The notes beneath the pieces were generated by a model. That model was not told the DNA's origin, did no database searches, and saw only the letters and a list, made by a program, of their open reading frames with translations. Below, one piece after another: positions 46,526-57,730 of a stretch of 64,000 nt of DNA. The position numbers and the translations under genes were made by a program. The first letter of the stretch is position 1. Every line of letters starts with the position of its first letter. The stretch lies in NCBI GenBank assembly GCA_947245515.1, contig CAMXQV010000004.1:1167-65166 (forward strand). Direction: 5' to 3'. This stretch comes from an uncultured Clostridium sp. GTDB lineage: Bacteria > Bacillota > Clostridia > TANB77 > CAG-508.

Positions 46526-47239
46526 ATGAAAGGAAAATCAAAAATAGGAAGTATTATAGGAGGAATCATATTAATAATAGCATTAATAGTAGGATATTTC
46601 TACATAAATGATGCAAATCAAAAGACAAAAATAGTAGAAGAATTTACACAAATTGAAAAAATGTCAAAAGCATCAGATTTCAGTATGGAAAAACTAAATG
46701 AAAAAACAAGCAACATAGTAACAAGTGGAAAATATGCAAAAGTAGAAAAAGCAGCAAAAAACTTTGCATCAGACATATTCAGAGTAGCCTTTGAAATTAG
46801 AGACATATTAGGAGACGAAAAAATACAAAAAGTTTTAACAGCAGACAACTACGAAGCAGATGGACCAGAATTTGCAGAAACAAAACAATACTTAAGTGAT
46901 ACAAAAACAAAATTAGAAGACTTAAAAACACAAATGGTAGAATTCCTAAAAGAAGAAAAAATCAATTCATACATAGAAGCAGAAACAAAAGATTCATCTT
47001 CTATTGAATTATACAGAGAATTACTAAAAAAAGACATACAAATGTCAGATTCACAAAAAAATGAATTAGAAACATCTATAGATAAAGTAATATCTATGTT
47101 AAGCACAGAAGAAGAAGTAATAAACTTCCTAGTTGAAAACAAAGGAAAATGGAGAATACAAGGTGGACAAATCTTATTTGATACTAACAGTTTAGTTACA
47201 AAATACAATGGATATATTCAAAAATTAAGAATATTATAG
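46526..47239 (+). CDS. Membrane-anchored hypothetical protein
   Basis: MKGKSKIGSIIGGIILIIALIVGYF TM anchor after an AAAGGGG RBS. The rest is helical and charged. No family recognised. Confidence 0.55.
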   Translation: MKGKSKIGSIIGGIILIIALIVGYFYINDANQKTKIVEEFTQIEKMSKASDFSMEKLNEKTSNIVTSGKYAKVEKAAKNFASDIFRVAFEIRDILGDEKIQKVLTADNYEADGPEFAETKQYLSDTKTKLEDLKTQMVEFLKEEKINSYIEAETKDSSSIELYRELLKKDIQMSDSQKNELETSIDKVISMLSTEEEVINFLVENKGKWRIQGGQILFDTNSLVTKYNGYIQKLRIL

Positions 47240-47276
47240 AAAAAAAAAGGCATAATCCTATAGAGAGGAGAAATAA

Positions 47277-48437
47277 ATGAAGGACACAATTATATCAAAA
47301 GATATCTATTATATAGGAGCAGATGACAAAGATATAAGACTATTCGAATCACAATATCATGTACCAAATGGAATGTCCTATAATTCTTACTTAATAAAAG
47401 ACAATAAAAATGTGGTACTTGACACAATAGATAAAAAAGTCACAAATACATGGTTAGAAAACTTAGAAAGACAATTAACAGGTGAACAAATAGACTATTT
47501 AGTAATATCACATTTAGAACCAGATCATGCATACAACATAGGGTTACTTGCAGAAAAATATCCCAATATGAAACTAATAGGAAATGCAATAACTTTTAAT
47601 ATGTTACCAAACTTTTTCGACCTAGACTTAACAAATAGAACAATAGTAGTAAAAGAAGGAGATACCTTAAATATAGGAGAACACACCTTACAATTTTTCA
47701 TGGCACCAATGGTACATTGGCCAGAAGTAATGGTAACCTATGAGCAAAAAGAAAAAATACTATTTTCAGCAGACGGTTTTGGAAAATTTGGAACCTTAGA
47801 TACAGATGAAGCTTGGGATTGTGAAGCACGTAGGTATTATTTTGGAATTGTTGGTAAATATGGAAAACAAGTACAAGACTTATTAAAAAAAGCATCAACT
47901 TTAGATATAAAAATGATATGTCCTTTACATGGACCAATTTTAAAAGAAAACCTAGAACACTATATAAAGAAATATGACCTTTGGAGTAGTTATAAACCAG
48001 AAAGTGAAGGAATATTTATAGCATGTGCATCTATTCATGGAAATACATTAAAAGCAGCAGAAAAACTAGCACAAATACTAGAAGAAAAAGGAGTTAAAAA
48101 AGTTATATTAACTGATTTAGCAAGAACAGATATGGCAGAAGCAATAGAAGATGCATTTAGATATGGAAAAATAGTATTAGCTGCATCAAGTTATAATGCT
48201 GGTGTATTTACACCAATGGAACAATTTTTATATCATTTAAAAGAAAGAAACTATCAAAATAGAAAAATTGGAATCCTACAAAATGGTTCATGGGCTCCAT
48301 CAGCTGAAAAGGCAATAAAAGAAATTTTAAAAGATATGAAAGATATTGATATAATTGATGAGACAGTTACAATTAAATCAACAATGAAAGAAAAAGATAT
48401 TGCTAATCTTGAAAAATTAGCAAGCCTTATAATATAG
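47277..48437 (+). CDS. Flavodiiron protein (FprA-type; metallo-beta-lactamase-like plus flavodoxin-like domains)
   Basis: LFESQYHVPNGMSYNSYLI...ISHLEPDHA...MICPLHGP, followed by a flavodoxin-like C-terminus. Confidence 0.8.
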   Translation: MKDTIISKDIYYIGADDKDIRLFESQYHVPNGMSYNSYLIKDNKNVVLDTIDKKVTNTWLENLERQLTGEQIDYLVISHLEPDHAYNIGLLAEKYPNMKLIGNAITFNMLPNFFDLDLTNRTIVVKEGDTLNIGEHTLQFFMAPMVHWPEVMVTYEQKEKILFSADGFGKFGTLDTDEAWDCEARRYYFGIVGKYGKQVQDLLKKASTLDIKMICPLHGPILKENLEHYIKKYDLWSSYKPESEGIFIACASIHGNTLKAAEKLAQILEEKGVKKVILTDLARTDMAEAIEDAFRYGKIVLAASSYNAGVFTPMEQFLYHLKERNYQNRKIGILQNGSWAPSAEKAIKEILKDMKDIDIIDETVTIKSTMKEKDIANLEKLASLII

Positions 48438-48449
48438 GAGGTGAACTAC

Positions 48450-48587
48450 ATGAAATATAGATGTACAGTATGTGGATATATATATGATGAAGAACAAGAA
48501 GGAACAAAGTTTTCAGACTTACCAGAAGATTGGACATGTCCTTTATGTGGAGTAAGTAAAGACTTATTTGAGCCAGTAGAAGAATAA
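48450..48587 (+). CDS. Rubredoxin (45 aa, below the ORF-track cutoff)
   Basis: [45 protein letters not shown] with two CxxC pairs. A GGAGGTG RBS lies upstream. Confidence 0.85.
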   Translation: MKYRCTVCGYIYDEEQEGTKFSDLPEDWTCPLCGVSKDLFEPVEE

Positions 48588-48591
48588 ATTT

Positions 48592-48633
48592 AAAAATAAT
48601 CACTTCAATTTGTATGAAGTGATTATTTTTTTT
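48592..48633. terminator. Bidirectional hairpin terminator
   Basis: ATAATCACTTCA pairs with TGAAGTGATTAT, flanked by A and T runs. Confidence 0.65.
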
Positions 48634-48817
48634 CTTTTTCAGTATTATTTTTATCTTTTTCTTTTTTATCTTTATCCTTTAACTCTTTAGGAACAACAAT
48701 ATTTTTAGGTTTGTTTGTAGATTTAGGTGTACCAGCATTTATATGATCATACACAGGTGATATTTCTAAGTTTGAGCCATCTCCAGAAACTATTTCTATA
48801 TCCTTTTCATCCTTCAT
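48623..48817 (-). CDS. Small lysine-rich hypothetical protein
   Basis: ORF with a GGAGG-like RBS (rc of CCTCC at 48828-48832). Low-complexity tail. Confidence 0.35.
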   Translation of the reverse strand: MKDEKDIEIVSGDGSNLEISPVYDHINAGTPKSTNKPKNIVVPKELKDKDKKEKDKNNTEKEKK

Positions 48818-48849
48818 AAAAATTACCTCCCCTTATTTTTTTATAAGAT

Positions 48850-49443
48850 TTATTTTTTCTTTTTTTCTCGTTTATCAACAGTAACTTCTTTTTTCAAATC
48901 TTGTTTGTCAATAAAACCTTTACTATATAAATCCCTAACATACATAATCAAAGAAAAGGTTGTTGCAATTAAAGCCAAACAGTATAATCCAAAATCTAAG
49001 TTTTTCCATATTCCTGAAGATTCATATTGTTTAAATAATAAAGAGATAACAATTGCTACATAAAATAAAACTGTGGCAAGTTTTCCATACCATTTACTAT
49101 AAACAACAACATCTTTTCCATATAGGAAAGAAGCACCAACAATCATAATAAATTCTTTTAATAAAACAATTAATAAAATCCAAATAGGAATAATTTTATT
49201 TACAACTAAAGATGCAAGAGTAGCAATTTGTGTTAATTTATCTGCTAGTGGATCCATTAATTTACCAAAGTTTGAAATTAAGTTAAACTTTCGAGCAATA
49301 AAACCATCTAAAATATCTGTTATTCCTGATATTGTAAAAAATATAAAAGCTAGAATATAATTTCCAGTAAATATATAAAATACAATAAAAGGAATTAACA
49401 AAAATCTTAAAACAGTTAATGCATTTGGTATATATTTTAACAT
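48850..49443 (-). CDS. pgsA: CDP-diacylglycerol--glycerol-3-phosphate 3-phosphatidyltransferase
   Basis: CDP-alcohol phosphatidyltransferase motif DILDGFIARKFNLISNFGKLMDPLADKL. Confidence 0.85.
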   Translation of the reverse strand: MLKYIPNALTVLRFLLIPFIVFYIFTGNYILAFIFFTISGITDILDGFIARKFNLISNFGKLMDPLADKLTQIATLASLVVNKIIPIWILLIVLLKEFIMIVGASFLYGKDVVVYSKWYGKLATVLFYVAIVISLLFKQYESSGIWKNLDFGLYCLALIATTFSLIMYVRDLYSKGFIDKQDLKKEVTVDKREKKKK

Positions 49444-49454
49444 ATAATATTCAC

Positions 49455-51824
49455 CTATTTTACTTCAAATTTTAATTCTTCATTTTGTAAATCTATTTGT
49501 ACAGTTTGACCATCTAATAGTTCTTTTCTTAATATTTTTTCAGATAACTCATCTTCAACATATTTTTGAATAGCTCTTCTTAAAGGTCGTGCTCCAAATT
49601 TAATATCTGTTCCTTTTTCTAAAATGAAACTTTTGGCTTTATCAGTAATCTCCATTTTTATATCTTTATCCTTTAAAGCTTTTATTGTATCAATTAGCAT
49701 AAGGTCAACAATTTCTAATAATTGTTCATTTGTTAAAGGATCAAAAGCTACAATTTCATCAATTCTATTTAAAAATTCTGGTCTGAATACTTGTTTTAAA
49801 TTGTCAATTACTTTACCTTTATCTAAGGTTTGTTTTCCAAATCCAATTGAATTTGAATTCAAATTTGAACCAGCATTTGATGTCATTATAATAATTGTAT
49901 TAGAAAAGTTAACAGTATTTCCTTGACTATCAGTTAATTTACCATCATCTAATACTTGTAGAAGTATATTAAATACATCAGGGTGTGCTTTTTCAATTTC
50001 ATCTAATAATATTATTGAATATGGTTTTCTTTTTACTTTGTCTGTTAATTGTCCACTATCTTCATATCCAACGTATCCAGGAGGTGCTCCAATTAGTTTA
50101 GAGGTTGAGTGACTTTCCATATATTCTGACATATCTATTCTTATAATAGAATCTTCACTTCCAAACATTTCATAAGCTAAACTTTTTGCTAGTTCTGTTT
50201 TACCAACTCCTGTTGGACCAACAAAAATAAATGAAGGTGGTCTTTTTGTGCTTTTTAAGCCTGCTCTATTTCTTCTAATAGCTCTAGATACACTACTTAC
50301 AGCTTCTTGTTGACCAATTATTCTTTTGTGTAGGTTTGTTTCTAAGTTTAATAGTTTTTGTGTTTCTGCTTCTGTAATTTTTTTGACTGGAATTTTAGTC
50401 CAACTTTCTATGACACTTGCAATATCTTCTATTGTTATTTGCTTTGGCTTTGTTTTCTTAGTTAATTTATCTATTTCTTCTGTTAATTGACATTCTTTTG
50501 TTTTTAGGTCTGCTGCTTTTTGATAGTCTTCTGTTGAGTCTGCTGCAATTACTTCTTCTTTTTCTGTTTGAACTTTTATTAATTCTTGTTTTAATATTTC
50601 TAATTTAAATAAGTCTTTGTTTTCTAAGTTAATTCTTGAACATGCTTCATCTAAAATGTCTATTGCTTTATCAGGTAAAAATCTGTCATGTATATATTTT
50701 TCTGACATTATAACTGCACTACGTATTACATCTGATGAGATTTTTACTTTGTGATATTGTTCATAGTATTTTTTTATTCCATCTAATATTCCAATTGAGT
50801 CATCTATATTTGGTTCTTCTACTAATACTTGTTGAAATCTTCTTTCTAAGGCAGAGTCTTTTTCAATATATTTTCTATATTCTTTTAGAGTAGTTGTTCC
50901 AATAAGTTGTAATTCACCATTAGATAAGGCTGGTTTTAAGATGTTTGCTGCATTCATAGAGTGTTCTCCATCTCCAGCACCTATTATGTTGTGGATTTCA
51001 TCGATTACTAAAATTATATTTCCATATTCTTTGCATTCGTCAATTATGCCTTTCATGCGTGATTCAAATTGTCCTCTGAATTGAGTTCCAGCAATTACTG
51101 AGGTCATATCTAATAAGTATACTTCTTTGTTTAATAGTTTTGCAGGAACGTTTTGATTTGCAATTTTGATTGCTAAACCTTGTGCTATTGCTGTCTTTCC
51201 AACTCCAGGTTCTCCAATTAAACATGGATTATTTTTAGAACGTCTATTTAATATTTGTACTATTCTTTGTATTTCTTTATCTCTTCCAATTACTATATCT
51301 AATTCCTTATTTTTTGCTTTAATTGTAAGGTTCGTTCCAAACGTATCTAAAAACTTTTTCTTTTTGTTGTTGCTTTTTACATTTTTCTTTTTTTCTACTT
51401 TTATTCTTTTTTTGGATGAACCTGCTTCTTCTTGTTGTTCACTTGATTTCTTGCCTGAAAACATATTTGCAAAAATTGAACCTAATGGAATTGCAGCTCC
51501 TGTTATTTTAGGAGAATTTCCATCTTCAAGTTCATCATTATTTTGTGATGCATCAAAGGTTATTGCACCTTCGAAGTCTTCAATATTTTCTAAATTAATG
51601 TTTTCTGCAAAATCTTTAAATATACTTTCAAATTGTTTTGTCATATCTTCTAAATTTACTTTATCTTTTGATAATATTTCGCTTTGTCTAAACAATACTT
51701 CATTTGGGTTTATTCCTTTTTCCTTTGCACAATTGTAACAATATCCTTCTAGAGTTTCTTTTCCGTTTTCTATTTTTTTGTAAAAAAGTATTGCTGGATT
51801 TTTATTACATTCTGAACATAACAT
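49455..51824 (-). CDS. Clp/Hsp100 double-AAA+ ATPase with an N-terminal zinc ribbon (ClpE-like)
   Basis: CSECNKNPA...CYNCAKEKG, two Walker A motifs GEPGVGKT and GPTGVGKT, a UVR-like middle motif, and an IGF ClpP-docking loop (SIGFGK). Confidence 0.8.
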   Translation of the reverse strand: MLCSECNKNPAILFYKKIENGKETLEGYCYNCAKEKGINPNEVLFRQSEILSKDKVNLEDMTKQFESIFKDFAENINLENIEDFEGAITFDASQNNDELEDGNSPKITGAAIPLGSIFANMFSGKKSSEQQEEAGSSKKRIKVEKKKNVKSNNKKKKFLDTFGTNLTIKAKNKELDIVIGRDKEIQRIVQILNRRSKNNPCLIGEPGVGKTAIAQGLAIKIANQNVPAKLLNKEVYLLDMTSVIAGTQFRGQFESRMKGIIDECKEYGNIILVIDEIHNIIGAGDGEHSMNAANILKPALSNGELQLIGTTTLKEYRKYIEKDSALERRFQQVLVEEPNIDDSIGILDGIKKYYEQYHKVKISSDVIRSAVIMSEKYIHDRFLPDKAIDILDEACSRINLENKDLFKLEILKQELIKVQTEKEEVIAADSTEDYQKAADLKTKECQLTEEIDKLTKKTKPKQITIEDIASVIESWTKIPVKKITEAETQKLLNLETNLHKRIIGQQEAVSSVSRAIRRNRAGLKSTKRPPSFIFVGPTGVGKTELAKSLAYEMFGSEDSIIRIDMSEYMESHSTSKLIGAPPGYVGYEDSGQLTDKVKRKPYSIILLDEIEKAHPDVFNILLQVLDDGKLTDSQGNTVNFSNTIIIMTSNAGSNLNSNSIGFGKQTLDKGKVIDNLKQVFRPEFLNRIDEIVAFDPLTNEQLLEIVDLMLIDTIKALKDKDIKMEITDKAKSFILEKGTDIKFGARPLRRAIQKYVEDELSEKILRKELLDGQTVQIDLQNEELKFEVK

Positions 51825-51989
51825 ACTTTAAATTCCTCATTTCTTTTTTTTGCATATATATTATAATACCCTAAGATTGTGTTTTAGTCAATAGTTTTAT
51901 TAAAGTGGTATAAGATTTTAAGCTATTGCAATAAGCATATTGACTAAAAAAATGTAGATGATATAATAAAAATCAAAAGGAGATTAAAA

Positions 51990-52856
51990 GTGAATATAGT
52001 TTTACCAGAAAAAATAAAAATAAGAAAAAAGCAATTAATAATATATTTATCGATAATAACAATTTGTATCATGTCATTAATTATTGCAACATATGTTCAA
52101 TTCTATGCAAGAATAGATTTTGCAGAAATTATAGGAATTAGGCAAAGAAAAGAAATTGGAGATAAATCAGAAGAACAAATACAAAGCTTAAAACTAGAAT
52201 TTGGCAATCTATTTAATAATAACTTAATAAATAATAACGAAAATAATAATGACAATAAAAAAGTAGAAAAAGATAAAGAATTAGTATATACAAAATATAG
52301 TAACAAACAAAGTAAAGACAATTTATATGAATTAAACATAAATATACCATATATAAACATAAATAATGAAATAGCAATAAATTATAATAAAGAAATAGAA
52401 GATATATTTCTATCAAAAGTAAGAGAAATTATAGAAGATAAAAACAAAAAAGTAATTTTTACAGTAGAATATGTGGCAAATATACATGATGATATTTTAT
52501 CACTTGCAATACGTTCAAACCTAAAAGAAGGAACAAGTGCACAAAGAGTGATTATACAAACCTATAATTATGATCTTAGAAATAATAAAGAAATAACTTT
52601 AGAAGAAATAATTAGATTAGAAAAACTTGAAACAAGTTTGTTACAAGAAAAAATAAAAGATACAATAAAAGAAGAAGAAAAAAAGGTACAAGCTTTAAAA
52701 CAATTAGGGTATCAAATCTTTGAAAGAGATATAAAAAGTGAGATGTATAATATAGAAAACTCAAAACAATATTATTATACTGGAAAGGAATTATATATTA
52801 TTTATGCATATGGTAAAGATGAAATAACAAGTGAATTAGATTTAGTAATAATTTAA
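51990..52856 (+). CDS. Membrane-anchored hypothetical protein (possibly DUF3298/DUF4163-like)
   Basis: GTG start, one TM segment, an N-rich linker, and a globular C-terminal region. The family guess is weak. Confidence 0.5.
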   Translation: MNIVLPEKIKIRKKQLIIYLSIITICIMSLIIATYVQFYARIDFAEIIGIRQRKEIGDKSEEQIQSLKLEFGNLFNNNLINNNENNNDNKKVEKDKELVYTKYSNKQSKDNLYELNINIPYININNEIAINYNKEIEDIFLSKVREIIEDKNKKVIFTVEYVANIHDDILSLAIRSNLKEGTSAQRVIIQTYNYDLRNNKEITLEEIIRLEKLETSLLQEKIKDTIKEEEKKVQALKQLGYQIFERDIKSEMYNIENSKQYYYTGKELYIIYAYGKDEITSELDLVII

Positions 52857-52869
52857 GAAGAGACAAAAA

Positions 52870-52923
52870 GCTACAATCGCTAGCCATTTGAGATTTTCTC
52901 CTTACAGTCGAAAACTCAAATCG
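52870..52923 (+). repeat. 54-bp hairpin-containing repeat, copy 2
   Basis: GCTACAATCGCTAGCCATTTGAGATTTTCTCCTTACAGTCGAAAACTCAAATCG. The hairpin is ATTTGAG(A)TTTTC / GAAAACTCAAAT. Confidence 0.7.
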
Positions 52924-53042
52924 GGCGAGAACAAATTAAAGAAAATGAAAGATTTTCTTATTTGTTCTATTTTAGGAAAGTTATTATGGTATGATAACTT
53001 TCTGTAGAAGATAAATATAGTATAAGATAGATTTTTTAGATA

Positions 53043-53084
53043 CAAAAAAATGAGACAATTAGGATTATCCTAACTGTCTCATTT
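53043..53084 (-). terminator. Rho-independent terminator of htrA
   Basis: On the minus strand, AATGAGACAGTTAGGA pairs with TCCTAATTGTCTCATT, then T7. Confidence 0.65.
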
Positions 53085-53198
53085 GAAAATAAAAGGGGAT
53101 GTTTTTAATTTTAAATCAGTTTGTTTACTGATTATGATTGTATTTTAACAATTTATTTTGTCCATTGTGTGAACTGGAAGTGAAAAATTAAATATTTT

Positions 53199-54455
53199 TT
53201 AAGGTTGTTCACCTAAAGTTATTGTTAATTCTTTTTCTTGACCATTTCTATTTATTTTTATTTTCATTTCATCACCAATTTTATGGCTATTTTTAATTTC
53301 GTTTAGTTCATCCATTTTTGTAACTTTTTTTCCATCAGCTTCTACTATAACATCACCTATTTTTATTCCAGCTTTTTCTCCTGCTGAAAAATCATCAATT
53401 GATTTTATATATATTCCAATTACTAAATTATAATTTTTTGCAGTTTTTTCATCTAAGTCAATTCCAGAAATTCCTATATATGGTCTTTTGACTTTGCTAT
53501 ATTGAATTAGTTGTGAAGTTATGTCAGTTGTAGAGTTTATTGGAATTGCAAAGCCCATTCCTTCAATTCCTGTTCCTGAAAGTTTTAATGTATTTATACC
53601 AACAACTTTTCCTTCATTGTTTACTAAGGCTCCACCACTATTACCAGAGTTTATTGCTGCATCTGTTTGTATTAAATTATATTTTTTTCCTTCTGAATCT
53701 GTAACCTCTCTATTTATTGCACTTATTACTCCACAAGTAATGCTACTTTGCATTCCTAATGGGTTTCCAACTGCCATTGCAAACTCTCCAACTTTTATGC
53801 TATCTGAATCTGCAAATTCAGCTTTTGCTAAATTGTCTTTGTCTATTTTTATAACTGCTAAGTCAGTTTGTTGATCTGTTCCTATTATTTTTGCTTCATA
53901 TTCTTTTTCTTCATTAAATAGTGTTACTGTTAGTTTGGTTGCTTCTGATACTGAGTAATATGCTTCAGATGAAGATGTTGCTACTATATGGTTATTTGTT
54001 AAAATATATCCATCTTCACTTATTATTATTCCTGATCCTGTTGCTGTAGCTGTTGAGGTTTGCCCTCTATTTCCAAACATAGTTATTAGAGAATTTACAC
54101 TGTATTCTACTTTTATTCCTACTATTGATGGTAGAATTTTATTTGCAGCATATATAGATGTGTCAGAATAGTTTTCTAAGGATGTTTGTGAAACATAACC
54201 ACTATTTTCAAGATTTTTTGTATTTTGTGTTGTAGATGTTATGTTATTATTTATTATTTTTTCTTTTATTGTTGGAATTCCAAAACATGTTCCTAATACT
54301 ACAGAACAACCTAATACACCACTAAAAAACGGTAATAAAATATTTCTCCCAAAACTGAAGCTATTTTTATTTTTTTCTTGTTTGTATACATCTTTGTATG
54401 TATTTTGATTTTTTACTGTTTTGAATCCTTGTGGATTTTCTTTGTTTTCTTCCAT
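53199..54455 (-). CDS. htrA: HtrA/DegP-family serine protease (S1C) with a PDZ domain
   Basis: GSGIIISEDGYILTNNHIV (His), DLAVIKI (Asp), GNSGGALVN (Ser), and a C-terminal PDZ domain. There is an N-terminal TM anchor. Confidence 0.9.
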   Translation of the reverse strand: MEENKENPQGFKTVKNQNTYKDVYKQEKNKNSFSFGRNILLPFFSGVLGCSVVLGTCFGIPTIKEKIINNNITSTTQNTKNLENSGYVSQTSLENYSDTSIYAANKILPSIVGIKVEYSVNSLITMFGNRGQTSTATATGSGIIISEDGYILTNNHIVATSSSEAYYSVSEATKLTVTLFNEEKEYEAKIIGTDQQTDLAVIKIDKDNLAKAEFADSDSIKVGEFAMAVGNPLGMQSSITCGVISAINREVTDSEGKKYNLIQTDAAINSGNSGGALVNNEGKVVGINTLKLSGTGIEGMGFAIPINSTTDITSQLIQYSKVKRPYIGISGIDLDEKTAKNYNLVIGIYIKSIDDFSAGEKAGIKIGDVIVEADGKKVTKMDELNEIKNSHKIGDEMKIKINRNGQEKELTITLGEQP

Positions 54456-54588
54456 TTTTTAACCTCCAAAATTATTTGATTTCTTATATCATATCCTATT
54501 GTAAGAATATAATACAATACCTTTGTGAAATTTTTGTGAAATATTTATAAATTTTTATATTTTTTTAAGAGTTACCTACAGAGATTCT

Positions 54589-54969
54589 TAAGTTAAAGAT
54601 AGATATATGTTTTTTTTTGACTTTTAAACTAAATACAAATTATATCAATTTAAATTAATTATATTTTACAAATTAAAAGTCAATAGAATTAAGGTAATCG
54701 ATTAAAATTTTAATTATTTATTTGTAATTATAAAATCTACTCGCTCCCAAAGGATTATAATTATTTATTGTTTTCGTTGCCCCATTCTCAAAATTCTATA
54801 GAAAAGTTTTCTAACTTTTCTAAGAATTTTGGAACGGTTACCCCGGAGTCACTCAAAAATAAATAATTATAATCCTTCTCGCACTATTCTTAATTAAATA
54901 TAAACAAATAAAAAATTAAAATTATAAACGATTTCCTTACAAAAAAATTATATATCTATCTTTAACTTA
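54589..54969. repeat. Large structured repeat, copy B (complete ~380-bp nested palindrome)
   Basis: Outer arms TAAGTTAAAGATAGATATAT (54589-54608) / ATATATCTATCTTTAACTTA (54950-54969). Middle arms TAAGGTAATCGATTAAAATTTTAATTATTTATTTG / CAAATAAAAAATTAAAATTATAAACGATTTCCTTA. The core is identical to copy A. There is a side hairpin GACTTTTAA...TTAAAAGTC. Confidence 0.85.
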
Positions 54970-55118
54970 TAATTATGTGTAATTATTTTAAGATGGCCTA
55001 GATATGAACAATAACAAAATATTATTAAAATTTCATGCAATTAATAGAAAATAGTTGAAAAAATAAAAAAATAAAATTATAATAAAAAAGTAAAGAAAAA
55101 GCATAAGGAGGAAACATA

Positions 55119-55619
55119 ATGAAAATAAAAAAAAATCAGAAAGGTATAACACAAATAACCTTAATAATAACAATAATTATATTATTAATAATTGCAGGAA
55201 TAGGTATACATACTGGAACAGATAGTTTAAACAAAGTTAAATTAGAAGAAATAAAAACAAACATGTTACTAATAGAAGCAAAAGCAAGAGAATATGTAGA
55301 AGAAGCAAACTTTAAAATTGGAAAAGAAACAGAAGAAGTAAAAATAGAAGAAATAAAAAGAGAAATATATGAAACAAAAGGAAAACTAAAAAAAGCTAGT
55401 AACGAAAACCTAAAAACAGAAACAGAAAATATACCAATTAACAATTGTTACATCATAACAAAAGAAACCTTAGAAAAATGGGGATTAAATAAAATAAAAA
55501 TAGATGAAAATAAACAAGAAAAATACCTAATAGAATTTAATGAAAAAGAAATAAAAGTAGAAATTTATAATACAAAAGGGTATGAAGGAAAATATTCCTT
55601 AACAGATTTAGTAAATTAA
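55119..55619 (+). CDS. Small secreted/anchored protein with a pseudopilin-like N-terminus
   Basis: KKNQKGITQITLIITIIILLIIAGI resembles a prepilin leader (KG|xT...) but lacks Glu+5. The remainder is charged. Confidence 0.5.
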   Translation: MKIKKNQKGITQITLIITIIILLIIAGIGIHTGTDSLNKVKLEEIKTNMLLIEAKAREYVEEANFKIGKETEEVKIEEIKREIYETKGKLKKASNENLKTETENIPINNCYIITKETLEKWGLNKIKIDENKQEKYLIEFNEKEIKVEIYNTKGYEGKYSLTDLVN

Positions 55620-55635
55620 AAAAGAAGGAAAGAAA

Positions 55636-56262
55636 ATGAAAGAAAAAGAAGAAGAAAGACTAAAAATTCTAAAAGAAACGGAAAAAGCTTTACATCAAAA
55701 AGGTTTTAATAATATATGTGGAATAGATGAAGCAGGAAGGGGACCTTTAGCAGGACCAGTAGTAATTGCTGGAGTAATAATGCCAGAGACTTCTATGATA
55801 GAAGGAGTTAATGACTCAAAAAAAATATCAGAAAAGAAGAGAGAAAAATTATATGACATAATTCTTGCAGAAGCAATAAGTTATTCTGTTGCAATAATTG
55901 AGCATCAAATAATAGATGATATTAATATATTAAATGCAACTAAACAAGGACTAACAGAAGTAATAGATGGACTAAAAGTTAAGCCAGATTTAATAATAGT
56001 AGACGCATTAACACATATAAATACAAGAGGAATACCATACGAATCAATTATAAAAGGAGATGCAAAATGTTATAGTATAGCAGCTGCATCAATAATTGCA
56101 AAAGTAACAAGAGATAGAATAATGAGACAATGGGATGAAATATATCCACAATATGGTTTTGTAAATCATAAAGGATATGGAACAGCAAAACATATATCAG
56201 CTATAAAAGAATATGGATTATGTCCTATACATAGAGCAAGTTTTACCAAAAATTTTATATAA
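55636..56262 (+). CDS. rnhB: Ribonuclease HII
   Basis: ICGIDEAGRGPLAGPVV...NDSKKISEKKRE...IVDA...SIAAASIIAKVTRD. Confidence 0.9.
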   Translation: MKEKEEERLKILKETEKALHQKGFNNICGIDEAGRGPLAGPVVIAGVIMPETSMIEGVNDSKKISEKKREKLYDIILAEAISYSVAIIEHQIIDDINILNATKQGLTEVIDGLKVKPDLIIVDALTHINTRGIPYESIIKGDAKCYSIAAASIIAKVTRDRIMRQWDEIYPQYGFVNHKGYGTAKHISAIKEYGLCPIHRASFTKNFI

Positions 56263-56422
56263 TGGAAAGTCATGTAAAATTCCATTAAATAAAATACCTT
56301 ATACATAAATTTATTTCATAAATTTGACACATGAACAAATTAACGAAAAGCCAAAGGGAAAAGTTAAAATTATGCTAAAGTTAAGGCTTTTAGATCTGTT
56401 CTAGAAGAAAGTAGTGAAAAGC

Positions 56423-57730
56423 ATGAATATATTAGATATAATTGAAAAGAAAAGAGACAAAAAGGAATTAGCAAAAGAAGAAATAGAATTTTTTATAAAA
56501 AAATATACAGAAAACAAAATAACAGACTATCAAGCAGCAGCACTTATTATGGCTATATTCATAAATAGTATGACAAAGGAAGAAACAACAAATTTAACCT
56601 TATCAATGGCTCATTCAGGAGAAATACTAGATTTATCAAATCTAAATAGTATTATTGTTGATAAACACTCAACAGGAGGAGTAGGAGATAAAGTATCACT
56701 AATTTTATTACCATTAGTTGCATCAATTGGAGTTCCAGTTGCGAAAATGTCTGGCAGAGGACTAGGATTTACAGGAGGAACAGTTGATAAATTAGAGTCA
56801 ATTCCAGGATATAAAACCTCAATAGGGATGGAGGATTTTATACAAAATATAAAAGAAATCGGAATAAGCATGATATCTCAAACTCTAAACTTAGCACCAG
56901 CAGATAAAAAGATATATGCACTACGTGATAGCATTTCATGTGTAGAAAGTATACCACTAATAGCTTCAAGTATAATGAGTAAGAAAATTGCAAGTGGAGC
57001 TCAAAAAATTGTTTTAGATGTAACAGTTGGGAGTGGTGCTTTTATGAAGAATCTTAGTAATGCAGAACAGTTATCTAAAAAGATGATAGATATAGGAAAA
57101 CTTGCAGATAGGCAGACAGTTTGTGTTTTAACAAATATGGAAGAACCTTTAGGGTTAGCTATTGGAAATTCTTTAGAAGTAATAGAAGCAATTAAATTTT
57201 TAAAAGGAGAAATGCAAGAAGATGTAAAAAAAGTAGTACTAGAACTTGGTTCATATATGATTAAACTTGCAGGATTAGGAGAAAACCTTGATAAAAATAA
57301 AGAGTTATTATTAGAAAATATTTCAAATAGAAAAGCTTATAAAAAATTAGTACAACTTGTAGAAACACAAGGAGGAGATATAAGTTATATAGAAAATACA
57401 GATAAGTTTGAAAAAGCTTCAATTATAGAACCTGTATATTGTAATAAATCTGGCTATATTAGTAAACTTGACGCAAAAGAGATTGGAAAAATAGCTTGTG
57501 GACTAGGTGCTGGAAGAATAAGAAAAGAAGATGAAATAGATAAAAGTGTAGGTATTATTCTAAATAAAAAAGTTGGAAATAAAGTTAAAGAAGGAGAGGT
57601 TATTGCATATATTCATTCAAACAATTATGAAAAAATGTTAAAGGCCAAAAAAGAATTAGAAGAAATTATTGAAATTTCAAAGAACAAAGTAAATTTAATT
57701 CCAACAATATTAAAAGTAATTGAAGCATAA
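56423..57730 (+). CDS. pdp: Pyrimidine-nucleoside (thymidine) phosphorylase
   Basis: MNILDIIEKKRDKKEL...ITDYQAAALIMAIF...DKHSTGGVGDKVSL...SGRGLGFTGGTVDKLESIPG. Confidence 0.9.
   Translation: MNILDIIEKKRDKKELAKEEIEFFIKKYTENKITDYQAAALIMAIFINSMTKEETTNLTLSMAHSGEILDLSNLNSIIVDKHSTGGVGDKVSLILLPLVASIGVPVAKMSGRGLGFTGGTVDKLESIPGYKTSIGMEDFIQNIKEIGISMISQTLNLAPADKKIYALRDSISCVESIPLIASSIMSKKIASGAQKIVLDVTVGSGAFMKNLSNAEQLSKKMIDIGKLADRQTVCVLTNMEEPLGLAIGNSLEVIEAIKFLKGEMQEDVKKVVLELGSYMIKLAGLGENLDKNKELLLENISNRKAYKKLVQLVETQGGDISYIENTDKFEKASIIEPVYCNKSGYISKLDAKEIGKIACGLGAGRIRKEDEIDKSVGIILNKKVGNKVKEGEVIAYIHSNNYEKMLKAKKELEEIIEISKNKVNLIPTILKVIEA

Noticed and set aside
51166-51738. 190-aa plus-strand ORF inside the Clp ATPase gene
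   Set aside because: It is antisense to a gene with two clear AAA+ modules, and it has no RBS.
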